From Octopus vulgaris (Eukaryota), in the NCBI GenBank assembly GCA_951406725.2, contig OX597819.1, positions 84,506,001-84,570,000 of the forward strand: a stretch of 64,000 bases of DNA, read 5' to 3'. Of the stretch, positions 1 to 14,139 are shown in pieces. The position numbers and the translations under genes were made by a program. The notes below the pieces were generated by a model, which had not been told where the DNA came from, ran no database searches, and was given only the letters and a program-made list of their open reading frames with translations. Within the stretch, counting starts at the first letter, position 1; every line of letters starts with the position of its first letter.

Positions 1-1849
1 ATTTTCATTTACACAAGAAGACAAGACAGGGAATATTGACTCTTTGTATAGACAGCGATAGTTGAGTGTAGGAGGCTATTCAATAAAAGCACTAGACATA
101 TTTGTACCAAGGCCCCCTGAAGGGTTCCTTGAGTACATGTAGGCCCAGTACCATCCATTGTAACAGAGGTGGATGGCCTAGAGAGTAAGTGCATGTCAAA
201 ACGAGGGGAGGATCAAACCAATCCAATGTCTGTTAATTCTGTCACTTCTGGCCTCTTCCAGCCCACAACTGCTGCGTTTAATGAGAGTAAAGCCTCTGTA
301 GGATGAGTCTTGTGGGAGATGGAGGACATGTACTCCCTATGGAAGCCACTTTGGCACTAACAGTAATAGTGGATGATACAATGCAGCATGGTATGTAGTG
401 CATAGAAGAGAGGGTGAGGGATAGAGAACTGGGGAATAGGTGGAAGCTAGAAAGATGGGTGGTAGAGATGTGAGTGATAGACAGACAGATGATAAAGAGA
501 TGAGCAGAAGAGAAATGAAAGAATGTTTGGTAGAGAGATGGGTAATGGAAAGATGAGAGAAAGAAAAGGGATAGAGAAACAAAGTGATGATCAGATAAAT
601 TTTGTTTCACTTTTATGTCATTGTATCAGAACAGTTAAAATATGTTAAAAGCCACTTAATTAAACCTGTTGAATGAATATCTGCTGTGTGACAACTATCA
701 AACAGATACTTGTATCAATGTGGATTAGGTCAAATCACTGTAGGTCAGTTGACTTTTATTTAGATAGTATATATGTATGTTAGGTTTGTTGATAAAGATA
801 GTATACACTAATTTTTCAGCTGATTATCTACATAGATTGCAGAGTGATTTTTAGAGTCAAGTCACACGACTTCTAGACAGTGATCCAATTATTAAACACA
901 TCCTTCCAGAAATACTAGACTAGTTAGATAAGTGAACTCTCTAAGCAGATATTAAGAGAATCTATCATAAATAATAATAGACAACAACCAATGAAGGAAT
1001 CTCTATGGCCTGCTAGAAGTAACAGCTTAGTGTCCAAAAATAAAAAAATGGACATGTTAAATATTGTTGTTCAAGGTGTACACAATGCCTTAAAAAAGAA
1101 ACAATGGGATGGTCATGATTGGAATGGCCTTGTTTATAGAGCTGGACTGAGGTTATATAACAATGCCATGTGCAAAATGTTAAGTCAAAGAGATTTTCTG
1201 TAAAAGAAAGATAATACTATTTCAAATTAGGATCTTTTTGATAATCATCATAAAGTATCAACCAGGAATAAATACTAGAATAGCATTAAATATTAAATTG
1301 ATTAACTAATCTCTGTAGTAATTTATTCAAGTTACATGCATATTTTTACAAAACAGAACCATGTGATAATCAGCTTAATTCTAAGTCTGTTGTTGGTTAG
1401 TCATAGTTCAACAACAAATGAAAAGAGACCTATGGTCAAAGGCATTCCAGACATGGCAATCTTTTCATTTTACTATATTATCTACTGAGTTCTTTCATAT
1501 TTTTTAGAGATGATTGTGATTTAACCCTTTAGCATTCGAATTACTCTGTCGAATGTAATGATTATTTATTCACATTGTTTTGAATTAATCCTGCATTATC
1601 TTGTAGCTTTGAGATCTCATTGATGTGATTATTAATTTTTAGAATGACATTGTAGGTTAGGTGTAATAGGTTGGATCTTACTGGTTTGAAGATAAAACAT
1701 GTAGAATATTTGGGCCTGATATGGCCAATTTAAATACTGAAGAGTCAAGGGAGTTTTGGCTGTTTCTAGCGGATTCAGTGACCATCTACAGTCTCCCTCA
1801 TTGTTTTAAATTATGTAATCTATTATATCATCTGCCCCATATATCTCTC

Positions 1850-2015
1850 CATTATGCTTAGTGTGTCCAATTCCCCAGGCCCCACATTAGTCAATACACC
1901 TACCAAGTCCTTCCTTCTTAGAACATTGGCCCTCTGGAATTCATTCTTTATTCATATCTCTCTGACAGGTGTTGACTTACAAAAGTTGAAGAGAAATAGT
2001 AATGGTATCAATCTC
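1850..2015 (+). mobile_element. CR1/L2-group LINE 3' end remnant
   Basis: SFLLRTLALWNSF...DLQKLKRN resembles the SFFPRT..LWNSLP...FK C-terminal motif; a similar remnant is near 7570-7680. Confidence 0.55.
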
Positions 2016-2167
2016 TCAGGAGAGCCTGCAAAGATCATAGCCAATACCTCTTCCTCCAGACCTAGCAGATAACTTCCTCCCCGCTACCAAAAAAAAAAAA
2101 ACCCAATAATTTTTCATGCTTGGTTGAATGGGCTTATAATATGCTTTCAAAAAAACACATTTATATA

Positions 2168-2351
2168 TACAAATGTACTGAAAAATTCTTGGCTTTGGGT
2201 TAAAGAAAATACAGGAGGATCAGTTATGATTTTATTCAATATATTCCTCTCTCAGCTTTTCTAAGCCCTGTAAAAGGACTCGGGAGGTTGGGCCTCCAAC
2301 CAAGCCTTTCGCGATACCCTTAAAACCAGGAACTTTTCAGCACCCTTGGTA
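2168..2351. mobile_element. Mariner-type MITE
   Basis: Imperfect TIRs ctgaaaaattcttggcttt / aaaaccaggaacttttcag in TA-rich flanks. Confidence 0.6.
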
Positions 2352-2449
2352 TATAGTGTTATTATACAAAGTCTTTACTTTGCCAGAACCCAACATGCTT
2401 CTTGCCATTATCATGAGCATGAATTGGATGAGTTAATAATACAGTTTTA

Positions 2450-2680
2450 GGCAGCAAACTGGCAGAAGTGTTTGCACGTTGAGCAAATGCTTAGCGGTAT
2501 TTTGTCTGCCATTACATTCTGAGTTCAAATTCCGCCGAGGTCAACTTTGCCTTTCATCCTTTCGGGGTCGATTAAATAAGTACCAGTTAAGCAATGGGGT
2601 CGATGTAATTGACTTAATCCCTTTGTCTGTCCTTGTTTGTCCCCTCTATGTTTAGCCCCTTGTGGGCAATAAAGAAATAA
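2450..2680 (+). mobile_element. tRNA-derived SINE family B with target-site duplication
   Basis: Head ggcagcaaactggcagaa...gagttcaaattcc; core gcctttcatcctttcggggtcgat (resembles the Meta/MESC SINE domain, from recall); flanking direct repeat aatacagttttag. Confidence 0.85.
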
Positions 2681-2962
2681 ATACAGTTTTAGTAATGCAT
2701 CTTAATTCTGCATAAAGTTTTGATGGACATTTTACAATTGGATGCCTTCCCATCATCAAATTAATTTTGTGGTAGCAAAAGAAAAACTCAAAATCATATA
2801 TTTCTTTCACTTTTTATTGTTTTCCATCTATTTATTTATCATTGCAGCATAGCTGAGGCAGATTTTCTTTTCTTTTTGCCTATTAATATATTACTAGATA
2901 GCCATGACCAGACAGTCTACTCTATTTCACAACAGGAATTAGATGGTTTAGTAGAAAGTTAA

Positions 2963-3182
2963 CCCTTTGGCATTCACATTACTCTGTCAAATATAATGTT
3001 TATTCATTCACATTGTTTTCAAGTAATCATTTATTATCTTGTAATGTTGAGATTTTGATGATGTGATTGTAAATTTTCGAAATGACATTGTAGGGTAGGT
3101 GTAAGAGGCAGGATCTGGCCAGTTTGAACAGAAAGCAGGTAGAGTATTTGGGCCAGATATGACCAGATTAAATGCTAAAGGA
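2963..3182. mobile_element. piggyBac-like TTAA MITE (second copy 1525-1744)
   Basis: TTAA|cccttt...aaagga|TTAA; same ~220-bp sequence at 1525-1744. Confidence 0.65.
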
Positions 3183-6100
3183 TTAATGAATGTGCATTTG
3201 TTGTATATATGATATTAGAACTGGATATAGTACATCATTTAGCAGCTGTGAGGGTTGGTGACAGGAAAAGCATTCAATAGTAGAAAATCTTTCTCAACAA
3301 ATCTGTCTGGCCCATACAAGCTTGAAAAGTGGATGTTAAATCATGATCACGAATGGTATTGCTAAAAACATTGTATGCCAAAGTACTTTGCTAAAGTACC
3401 TTGTTTTCCCATGCCATGTAAATTTATTCAAATTTTTACTCTTTACTGAATAATTTTTATCTAACAACTTATGTCATAGCTTTATAATACAAAAAGAAAT
3501 AGCTGTTTCTTTAATTCATTAAGTTTTAATAAGCAATGTGAATGTCTTTTCTATATTACTAGGATACAATATATATAATATATATATATATATAAGATTT
3601 GTTGAAGATTGTAGTTCTGTTTTAATTACAAGATAATCATATACTCTCTAATTTCATAGTTAGCCATTTATTAATTTAATTTTTTTTCGTATTTAGACTA
3701 ATCCGTTCTTTATGAGTTATTTTGTTAAAGAAAAAGAAAAAAGAACTTTTAAAGTGACTTTGACATGATTGCACTGTTGCTTTTCGTATTTGAACCATTT
3801 GAATGGTAACAAGGTTTCAACTGATTAGTCAACGGTAGAATATACAATATGACCAGTACTGCTTTATTGTCATGAAATATGGCTTCTGCATATTACAGAC
3901 TAACCAAAGCATGATTACTCAGAAGTAGTGAGTGGATTGGCAAAAATCGCTGAGTAATATATTATCTGGTATATAAGTCAATGTAATATATAGTGAAAAA
4001 GTAGTGCGGAACATTCTCACTGTCTTTTTAAATCTTGGGGTCAATTTAATTTAATTCATGTCTGGGTGAATTCTATTCACAAAGTTTGGAATGGAATCCT
4101 AATAGAAGAGTAAGACTACTTTTCTTCTTCTTCAAAAAAAAAAGAGGTCATCTGCACTATTTGTGGAGCAGCTCATCATACTATGCTGGTTAGGAGGTAT
4201 TGTACTTTGAAATCTTGTAAATAATGATGACTATGTATAGTTGTGACTGAAATCTCCCTTTCTATCACTCTCCTTAACTGAATCAGATTGTAGAAATTTC
4301 TGTTAGTAATATTTTCAAGAACAAAATAGAACTCCATCAACCTACTTGAAACTGAGACTGTACCAGGGATCATCAGGGCTTTGGTGTAATGGTCTCTCAA
4401 CTGCGCTTTTTCAACTGAGTTACAATTTACATTAATACAAGGGCAAGTTAAAAAGTAGTGCAATTTTTATTTGCATTAAGTTTTATTACACCCTTTTATA
4501 TCAAAGGGTTGGTCAAAAAGTAATACAAATAAAAATTACATCACTTTCTGATTCACCCTTGCATATGCTTACTGTTATAATGAGAACATTTTGATAATGT
4601 ATACCAAATGAAATATGTTAAATAGGTAGAGATAAAAACTAATTCAAAGTATAATAGATGTATTGTTTTAATAATACAATTTTATACACTTTTCTTTTAC
4701 GTTTTAGGTTTGTTTGAAATCTATGTATTTACATAGATAATAGAACAGACAGATTTTTACAAACATTCTTTATAGCACCATCTGACTTTTACCATCAGAT
4801 ATATCTGGGTTAGATAAATGCACACAACAATTTCGTTGTCACTCAACCCACTGGAAGTAGCAACCAAGACTCTCACAAATTACATTCATAATTTAATACA
4901 GGTCATATCAAACAATATAGTTCATCATATACAAACCACGAGATTGTCATAACTTGAACACCTTTCATCACAGTTTTTTAATTTTTATTATGACTGATCT
5001 GGGATTGATGACAACATGAAAGTTTGCTATGAGCCAAGAACAGAAGGCCTCTGCATATGTCTCTGCATGTGTGTGTGAGTGTATTGCCATTGTTTTGACA
5101 TTGGCTTTTCCATGCTTACTTGAAGCAAATGGAATTTATTTAGACAAATTTTCCATGGTTAGATGCACTTCTGGCCACCTAACCTGTTTCCAAGCAAGGT
5201 AATGGCCTGACATGTTTTTAAGAAAGATTGGAAATGAAGGACACTGCTTGTATGACAGTGACACTTGTTTACAACTATCACACATTGTCAAGATAAGGAG
5301 ATACAAATACACACACACACACACACACACTTAAGTAATGGGCTTCTTTCAGTTCCATGGTTTTGATCAGCACAAGCCTACAGCAGATGACATTTACTTA
5401 AGGTGTCACATAGCAGGACTGAACCCAAAGCTATGCAGTTGGGAGGTGGTCTTCTTAACCACTCAGCCATGTCTATGTATGTATATATGTACGTATGCAC
5501 ATATTTGTCTGTGTGCTTGTTCACATTTATGCTTCTCTAAAAACCACTGAGCTGCAAGTGGTGACATTGTTATCATTTTCACTTATTAGCAAATCTTTGC
5601 AGCTTCAAGAACATGGGGAGTAAGAGATTTTACTTCAAGAATAGATAAGGGTCTTGCTATGTTTCTTGGAAGCTTTATATAGTCATTGATGAAAACAATG
5701 AGGTGTCTTCTATGTGGTTCTTCAATATTTCAGAAATAGTAATCAAATCTTCAAATTACATTGCTGTCTTTAAAAAAGAAAAATGGCACATTTGATAATT
5801 ATACATGCAAATATATTGTCCTAAAGTAAGGTGGGATGATCCTGGCAGGAACACCTTTGATTACTTGTTTGCTCAATCAGGGCTAACTAGTGACTAAACA
5901 ACATCAATCACTTGAGAACAGAGTTGTTAATTATGAAGTATAATTTTGTATCTTGAGATGTGACAGTAGTTGATACAAGTATGGCTATGTGGTTAAGAAG
6001 CTTGCTTTGCAGCCACATGGTTTTGAGTTCAGTCCCACTGCACAGCATCTTTTCCATTTTACTTGATTCAATCATTGTACTGCAGTCATGCTGGGACACC

Positions 6101-6348
6101 ACCTTGTAGGGTTTTGCTGAAACATATCAACCTCAGTGCTTATTTTTTTAAGTCAAGTACTTATTCTATTTGTCTCCTCTGCTGAACTGATAAGTTATAG
6201 GAATGTAAACAAATCAACACTTGTCAAGTGGTGATGGAGTACAAACACAAAGACCCACACTCATAGACACACACATACACACATGCGCGACAAGCTGAGT
6301 GGACTGAGTACCTGGTTTTTACAGCTGGATGCTCTTCCAAATGCTAAC

Positions 6349-6391
<43 letters not shown>

Positions 6392-7010
6392 CTTTCAGTT
6401 TAGTTTCCAGCTACCAAATCCATGTACAAGGCTTTGGTCAGCCCTGGGCTATAGTAGAAGACACTTGCCTATGGTGGCATACAGTGGACTGAATCCAGAA
6501 CCATGTGGTTGAGAAGCAAGCTTCTTACCACACAGCCTATGTGTTGATGTTTCTTAGGTATAACTTTGACTTTATTCTCATTTAGTATTATAATATAATT
6601 ATTGCTGTTTTACGTTTATGAATTTGTTTTGCAAGATTCCTGATGTGAAATCATGTGTTGGAACAGGTATTGTTATATTTCAAGATGATCACTTTTTTAT
6701 CCTTGCTAAATAAACACATGCACTATATATTTGTTCTTCACCTGTTTATTATTGTTCTTATTTTATCATACGTCAAATGTCTGGAAATCTTTTGTTACAC
6801 ATCTGTAACCTCTTCAGCGACTCTTCCGTTCATGTGGTACCTCCTGTTCTGTTTAGTCCATTCTGAGACAGAATATATAGTGCCTGTGTTTATTTGACAA
6901 GGAAAAGAAAAATGATCATCCTGAAATAAAACAATATTGCTGTTTTTTTTCCCTTGATTATTAAAAAAGTGACATTTATTATCTTCCATTCTATTTTCAG
7001 ATGCTTTGTG

Positions 7011-7172
7011 ATGGGAACTACAGGGAATTTAGTTGTACCAGTTGTGCTGTGGGGGCACCATGCCCCCACACACTGTATTTCAGCGATTACCATGAACTCA
7101 CAATTAGACAGTATTGTTACTGGTTGTAACGATGGTCAAATAGTCATATGGGAGGTCACTCGCTTATGGCAG
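7011..7172 (+). CDS. WDR7: WDR7/Rabconnectin-3beta, first coding exon (exon begins 7001, ATG 7011)
   Basis: Encodes [54 protein letters not shown], matching the recalled WDR7 N-terminus ([20 protein letters not shown]...IVTGCHDGQICLW). Acceptor ttttcag ends at 7000; donor CAG|gtaagg at 7173; phase 0. Confidence 0.95.
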
Positions 7173-10130
7173 GTAAGGTTTTTTTTGTTCATTTTTTCCC
7201 CCATTTCATTTGGGTTTTTCCATGTGACTTTTATATTAATAAAATAATTAGTTGTCATTTTTAAGTCTTTTATACATAAACAGTTTAAAATTTTGGCACA
7301 AGACCAGCAAGTTCAGGGTGGGGTTAAAGTCAATTACATAAACCCCAGTGCACAAATGAGAGGCTGGTGGAGGGCATATTTGTATTAAGTATAGTCAAGC
7401 AATTCCTGAAATATCTTAGTTGTATTTATTGACCAAGAATGAATTTTCATTATGGTTGTCTGGAAGCACATTTTAAAGAGTCTTTTACAGTTATTTGTTT
7501 CTGAAAACTAGTGAATTGGTAGAATTGACTGCTCATTAGATGGTTAGTCTTGTACTTCCTCCACTTAGGCACTCCTGACTCATTCATCCCACCACCTTTT
7601 GTCACACTTGTGTCTCTCCACCAGGCCCTGAACCAACTGCAATTCTCAGCCCTTCCTTCCTAGAACATTAGATTTGTGGTATTTGTTCCAACTTTCTATT
7701 CTCTGAGTTCCAATCCCACCAAGATCAACTTTGCTTTTCTTCTTTTGTGGGTCACTAGAAGAAATGTGAATACCCATCCAGTTCAGTAGCTTAGTAGTAC
7801 TGTTAGGGTCTTGGATGAAATACCTATCTTGTAGTATGTGTACTGGCTCTCTGCATTTTGACAGCAATGCCTCTGATGACATGGGGTCAAGCTTTATTGA
7901 TCTTTAAGAAATACCTTCCCTTTGCAGAACACTGATGACATGGAGAAGAGAGGTTTATATCATCATCATCATCATCATCATCATTTAACATACATTTTTA
8001 ATGCTGGTATAGAATGGCTGGCTTGATACAATCCATTGAGTCGCAAAATTGCATTGACATCCATTGTCAGCTTTGGCGTGGTTTCTGTGGCTGGATACCA
8101 TGCCCTTCCTATCACCAACTGCTTTACAATGTGTACCACACTGGTGAGGTCACCAAGTAACTTGCAAGACAGGAAAAGAAAAGGGGGAAAAAGCCCTTAA
8201 GTGCTGGGAATATTTGAGATGGATATTTGACCCCAAACTAGCTGCTGGGGGGAGGGGGCGGCTAAAGTATGGTAGAAGGACAAGCAATAGTTTCTTACCA
8301 TAGAGGATATACATGGCTACTCCACTTTATATAAGAGTGGGTGGGGGTAGCTGGGGGGAAGGTAAAGATAGTAGTGATGGTGTACCAGAGCAAACTCTCA
8401 AAATATAAGATGGTGAGCATAAGAGAAGATACTGATAGTGGATCAAAAGGGTAAGGAGAAGAGGAGGTAATTTTACAAGTGTGCAAGAGGAACATCATAG
8501 GCAGAGATGGGGTGTCATATATATATATATGTGCATGTGTGTTCTTTGCTGATATATATTGGTGAACGATGTAAACAATGGTCAGTAAAATGAAAAACTA
8601 GTGCTTTCCAAGCAAAGTTTTTTGTGAAGTTTGCATCATTAGAAATGCAGTATACCAGAGTTTGGCACTTGGAAACCTTGTTATTTGCAATATTAAATCA
8701 AATAAAACAGATTAGGAGATATGACATTAAACTATTAATTCATGGATTCCAAGTTCAAATTTATTGCAGCTATTGTATTGTGCATTTGGGCAAATCAATG
8801 AATTCTGTGCACATCAATTTACTTAGATGTGAGAAAACAAGTATGAAAATGTTACCTGCAATAGAGCAGCTCCTCATCTACAATAATCTCTTATATACTA
8901 AACATCATAAAAATATCTAAAAGTAAGCCTACTATTGGCAGAGATATATGAAGAAAATGTATGGTGCAGGCTATGCAAAAGAATACGCTCTGTGTTGTAT
9001 GTGATTGGTTGTCAGAACAGAAATAAGCCAATAAAAACATAAGGCATAGTAGATCAGATATCAGAAAGCTTCCTGGCTTCAATTACTATAATAAAGCGAA
9101 TCAGGTATGCTTGTTTAGGTACCATCTTCAAGAATGATGTTTTCATGTTTACAGATATTTTGTAGTATTTTGATTTGTATTTTTGTAGTATTTTGATTTC
9201 ATTTCTTATTAGAAATAACTGGATCAGTTGCCTTCACTATAGCTTACTGCATCCTGTCTGGATTAGCAAATGTTGAGAGCCTCTATGTGGTCAATGCTGT
9301 CTTCAGACATGGGTACACTGGGCAGTTGCCCTAAGGTCTAGGGAGCCCAATGTTAATCTATGTAGTCTGCAGTTTTGTATGCAGGGGCCTCAATGCATTG
9401 CTTTGCCTAGGAGCCTACAATACTCTTAAGGTAGTCCTGTAAGTGGCTGCTCTATGCAGCGCACAAAGGTTACTTTTGAAATTTTTTATTTGTATTTATA
9501 TCATGCATTTGTGAACAACAGTGTTGTTGGCACACTGCATTTCTGATGGCTAAGAAGGGACTATCTGTGCAGCTTCAGTGGAACAAATATTGTACAGAGT
9601 ATTATCATTAAAAACAACCAGTTTTTCAGTTTTCTTATTAATGTTCACATCTTTTGCTGACAGACATTAATGGAAGATATACACATATACATACTAATTA
9701 TTAGCCACTTAATGCTATGGCAGAAGATACTTACCCAAGGTGTTGCAAAGTGAGATTGTCTCCTGGCTACAATATGAACGTCTTAATCACACAGTCATAC
9801 TTTGCACCTTACATAGGCACAAGGTCTCTGTTTTATTCTAAAGATGGAAAATGAGATTGCTTTACAACCATGCTTTATTAATAAGTTTTAACCATGTAGG
9901 TAACATAAATTGGTATAACTGAAAATAAAAACTGTGTTTTGTAATCAGCTTGCTAAGATTTTATCCTACTGTATGTGAATGACAAAAGGAAAGTTATGAA
10001 TAGACTTAATGATGTTCTTATGAAGACAAATTGTTTATAATGCTACCATGGCTATATGTGAAGAGAGTGTAAAAAAATAGTGAATGAAATAGTACCAAGA
10101 ACAATATTTTTCAATGATTTCTCTTTACAG

Positions 10131-10237
10131 ATATATCCACGACACATGCTGTTTGGACACACAGCTTCAATTTCTTGCTTATCATTCGGTAATGAGCAAC
10201 ATGGATTTCCTTATGTTGTTAGTAGTTCAGAAAATGG
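10131..10237 (+). CDS. WDR7: WDR7 coding exon 2
   Basis: tttacag|IYPRHMLFGHTASISCLSFGNEQHGFPYVVSSSENG|gtgagt; 107 nt, ends phase 2; matches WDR7 INPRALLFGHTASITCLS...YIVSASESG. Confidence 0.95.
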
Positions 10238-11294
10238 GTGAGTAATTGTTGATTTCTCATGGAAAGAAATGTATTTTTGTGTGTGTGTGGAAAAAAAATG
10301 TAGGATTCTTTATCAACTATATTAAACTCAGATTTAATCTGAACACCTAACTCCTTCCATGCTCTCTTTGTTGGTAGAAGTGAAATCACTAAAATGTAAG
10401 AAAGGACTCATTAGTCTTGGTAAAAAAAATTCTCTAAGTGCTTGTGGCCTAATGAAATTCCCTTGGTTCATGCTGTAAAAGTTGACAAGGCATGTAGCAG
10501 AAAGAAAATAGAAAACACCCCAAAATATCATGACATAGACCATACATGGGCAACCTTTTTCGAGAAGTGGACTGCATGAGACATGACTCATCATCAGGTG
10601 GGTCACATTCCTAAAAGAATTGAAGGTAATTTTTCATTAGGCATGTTATTCAGAAAGTCCTGTAGGTTGCAATTTACCCATGACTAAAAATTAGTGGTTT
10701 TCTTTGCTGTTGTGTATAATAGATACTAAAGTTACAAAACAAAATGCTATCCACTCTATTCCAGTTTGGAAAATTGGATTTAAAATGAATGTGTTAATGA
10801 TAATATATGAGATTTCACAGATGAGAAGACGAAGAATAGGAGCACTTATATACTATATTGCAGATCAGTGTAGTATATGCCAGTGTGAAAAACACATTAA
10901 AATAAAAATTGTGGTAATACGGTATATAGTAATCCAATCAGCAATCTTGAATTCAAATCCATTGAAGGTGTTTCTCTGTTTATTTGGTTAGTATATTCAA
11001 TTTTGTGCACTTCAGTTCACAAAACTGTTGAAAGCAAGTACCAAATATTTCAGGGAATATTAACAGAATTGTTTATAGTTATGTATACAGAGTTATGAGT
11101 TTAATAAGCTTAATAAGTATAAGGTGCAGGCATGGCTGTGTGGTAAGAAGTTTGCTTTTCAACCACATGATTCCAGGTTCAGTCCCACTGCATGTTACTT
11201 CAGACAAGTGTCTTCTACTGTATCCCCAGGCCGACCAAAGCATTGTGAGTGAATTTGGTAGACAATAACTGAAAAAAAATCCCTTTTATATATA

Positions 11295-13624
11295 CAGGCA
11301 TACCTTGGCTTAATTCATTTCTATTTAAGTCATTCTTGATTATACGTCGGATTTCAAAAATAATATATGGAAAAATAAAAATCAAGTCAAGTCATTTTAC
11401 TCGACTTTATGTCTGTCCGCTACAAATATTGGAATCATAAAATTACTAGAAAACCATTAGAAGCACATAAAATTATGTTACTGTACAACAAATAAGAATG
11501 TAAGCATATTAAAACGTACAGTAAATGTTAAGATACACACCATAAAGTAGTGTAGCTTAGTGAACAAAATCATGAAATCAATTGTGTTGTCTTATTTAAT
11601 CAGTCTTTCAGAGCTTATATTGCACTGTAGTTGCAATGTTTACCGTTAGGCATCGTTGTCACTCGTGATTCTCGCAATTGTTTTGAATTCAGATTTGTTT
11701 ACATCTGTTTATCAGCTACTTTCTCATTCTCATTCATTTGTGACTTTATTTTTTGCCCCACCCCCCACCCCCCGACTCCTAAGAAAATTCATAATGAAAA
11801 TGCTAAGCGTCATGCTATAATGCTGGAAGATAAACTGGCTATGATAAAATGCCATGAAAAGGTGAACAAGTGGTAGCAATTGCACAATCTTTTGGACTGA
11901 GTTGGACAACTGTATCGATGATTGTACATAATAAGGATAAGATTTTAGCACATATTAAATCCGAAGCCCCAGGGATGAAGAACACTGTCATCAATAAGAA
12001 AAGAGGCAAAATAGAAAGTTTTCTTTCTCTTTGGATTGTTAGGTTGAATTGTCAGTGTGCTACTATTAGCCAAGAAATCATTCAAGAGAAAGTGTTGTCT
12101 TTGTTTGAGGACCTGAAGAAAAAATATCCAAATGAGAAAGATATAGAGTTCAGAGCAAGTCAAGGATGGTTCATGAGATTTAAGGAACGAAGAGGTAATT
12201 GGGCAGGAAATTTTATGTTAAAACCATTGCTTGTGTATCAAGCACACAACCCCCGTGCCCTGAAGAACATACCCAAGACATCTCTCCCTGTTATATGGAT
12301 GGCAAATTCAAAAGCATGGGTTATTGTTGTTGTTTTTGAAGATTGATTCTTCAATCAGTTTATCCTAGTAGCAGAGAAGTACTGTAAGGAGAAGGAGATT
12401 CCTTTTAAGGTTTTACTTATCTCAGATAATGCTCCTGGCCACCTGCATAACATCGTAGATTTTGACCCCAACATTACTGTCATGTACCTCTCTCCGAGCA
12501 CCACATCTCTTCTACAGCCAATGGATAAGGGAATAATTGCTCTCTTCAAGTGTTACTATATGAAGCATACACAGCAGCAAGCAATAGCTGCAACTGATCT
12601 TGATGAGTCCATTACACTTCATGACTTTTGGAAGAGATACGATAGCTACAAGGCTGTACAGAACATAACAGTGGCATGGAATGATGTACAGAGCATGGCT
12701 ATGAATGGGGTATGGAAGAAGCTATGCTCACAATTCATGAATGATTTTAAGGGGTTTGATAATGTTGCCATCAACAAAACATTGGTGACTACGAGCAAAG
12801 AACTAGAAATGGATTTGGAGGAGGAGGATTTCACAGATTTATTTGAAAAATGGCAAACGAGGATTTGATAGAGCTTCATGAGCAGCAAAATAAAGAAGAG
12901 GAAGTCAAACCTGAGCCACATCACCTTACTATTAAGAAAATGCACCAAGCATTTGCATATATCAAAAAAGGTCTTTCTATGTTTGAGGATATGGATCCAA
13001 ATGCTCAACGTTTTTCCAAGATTATGGGGGTTTGTCACAAAGCTTTTGCTCCTTATAATGTAATCCTTAAGAAAAAGAAGACAGTTCAAGGAACTCTCAA
13101 CTGGTTTTTTAAGCGCATCAAATAACAAGAACAGCCAGAGTCAGCTGATGATGTTGACGATCCACAGCCATCTACATCCGCAACATAAACCACCAAATTG
13201 TATGTACATATCGGTAAATTTAAAATAATTTAGTTGTTTTACTATTGCAAAATAATAATAATTACTGAATTTGTTTTTTAAGCTTAAAAAGGCTTTTATT
13301 TTACCATGTCTTATTGCAAACATCATTCATAAATAAAGTGTCTGCGATGGACAGTAAACACCACCAAATTGTGTTTGTAAATTTAGATTACATTTTTTTT
13401 TACTGTACTGAATTAAAAAATAAAACTTATTTGTAAGCTTAAAATAGGTTTTTATTAACCTTGTATTATTGAAAATGCATTCATGAAATAAAGAACAGAA
13501 CTGGGAATGGTTATTATCGGTTTAGCATAGAGACAAGTAAATTCGGCCTAGCCTAGCCTAGCCTAGAGACAACTTAAGTCGTGTCTCCTGGAACTAATTA
13601 ATGATGTAGGGTGAGGTATGCCTG
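11295..13624 (+). mobile_element. Tigger/pogo DNA transposon, defective, 2330 bp
   Basis: TA|CAGGCATACCT...AGGTATGCCTG|TA: 11-bp perfect terminal match plus TA target duplication; internal transposase remnants. Confidence 0.92.
11780..13125 (+). pseudogene. Tigger (CENP-B/DDE_1-type) transposase pseudogene
   Basis: psq-like HTH (KRHAIMLEDKLAMIK...GLSWTTVSMIVHNKDKI), FRASQGWFMRFK, LKPLLVYQAHNPRAL, LLISDNAPGH, TTSLLQPMDKGII. Has frameshifts and a stop, and the segment carrying the first catalytic D (N-x-D-E-T) is absent. Start approximate. Confidence 0.9.
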
Positions 13625-14007
13625 TATATGTATATGTGTCTTTGTGTTTGTTCCCCCCACCACCACTTGACAACTGGTGTTGATGTGTTTGTGTCCCCTA
13701 ACTTAGTGAGGCTTAAAAAAATAAGTCCTGGGGTTGATTTGACTAAAACCCTTCAAGGTGGTGCCCGAGCATGGCTACAGTTAAACTACTGAAATGAGTA
13801 AAAAAAAAATAATTTATGTCTTGCTGTGAGATTAGGCCCACAGAGCCTTCAGCAGCTTAGGAGGATTGAACTGATTAACTTATTTTACTAAAGTTATTTT
13901 ACTAAATTTTTTAATCATTTTCAAAATTGATAGTAATAAATACAGTATCTTTCAACCCTTAAATTTCAAGACAGTTGTTTCTACATTTCAACATAATGTT
14001 TTTCTAA

Positions 14008-14139
<132 letters not shown>

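Noticed and set aside
3690-4720. Acceptor-like sites that might mark WDR7 5' UTR exons
   Set aside because: No convincing paired donors or promoter signal.
10545-10602. Minus-strand CUGAUGA-U-GAG...CUC-GAAA
   Set aside because: No stem I complementarity or plausible stem III after GAAA.
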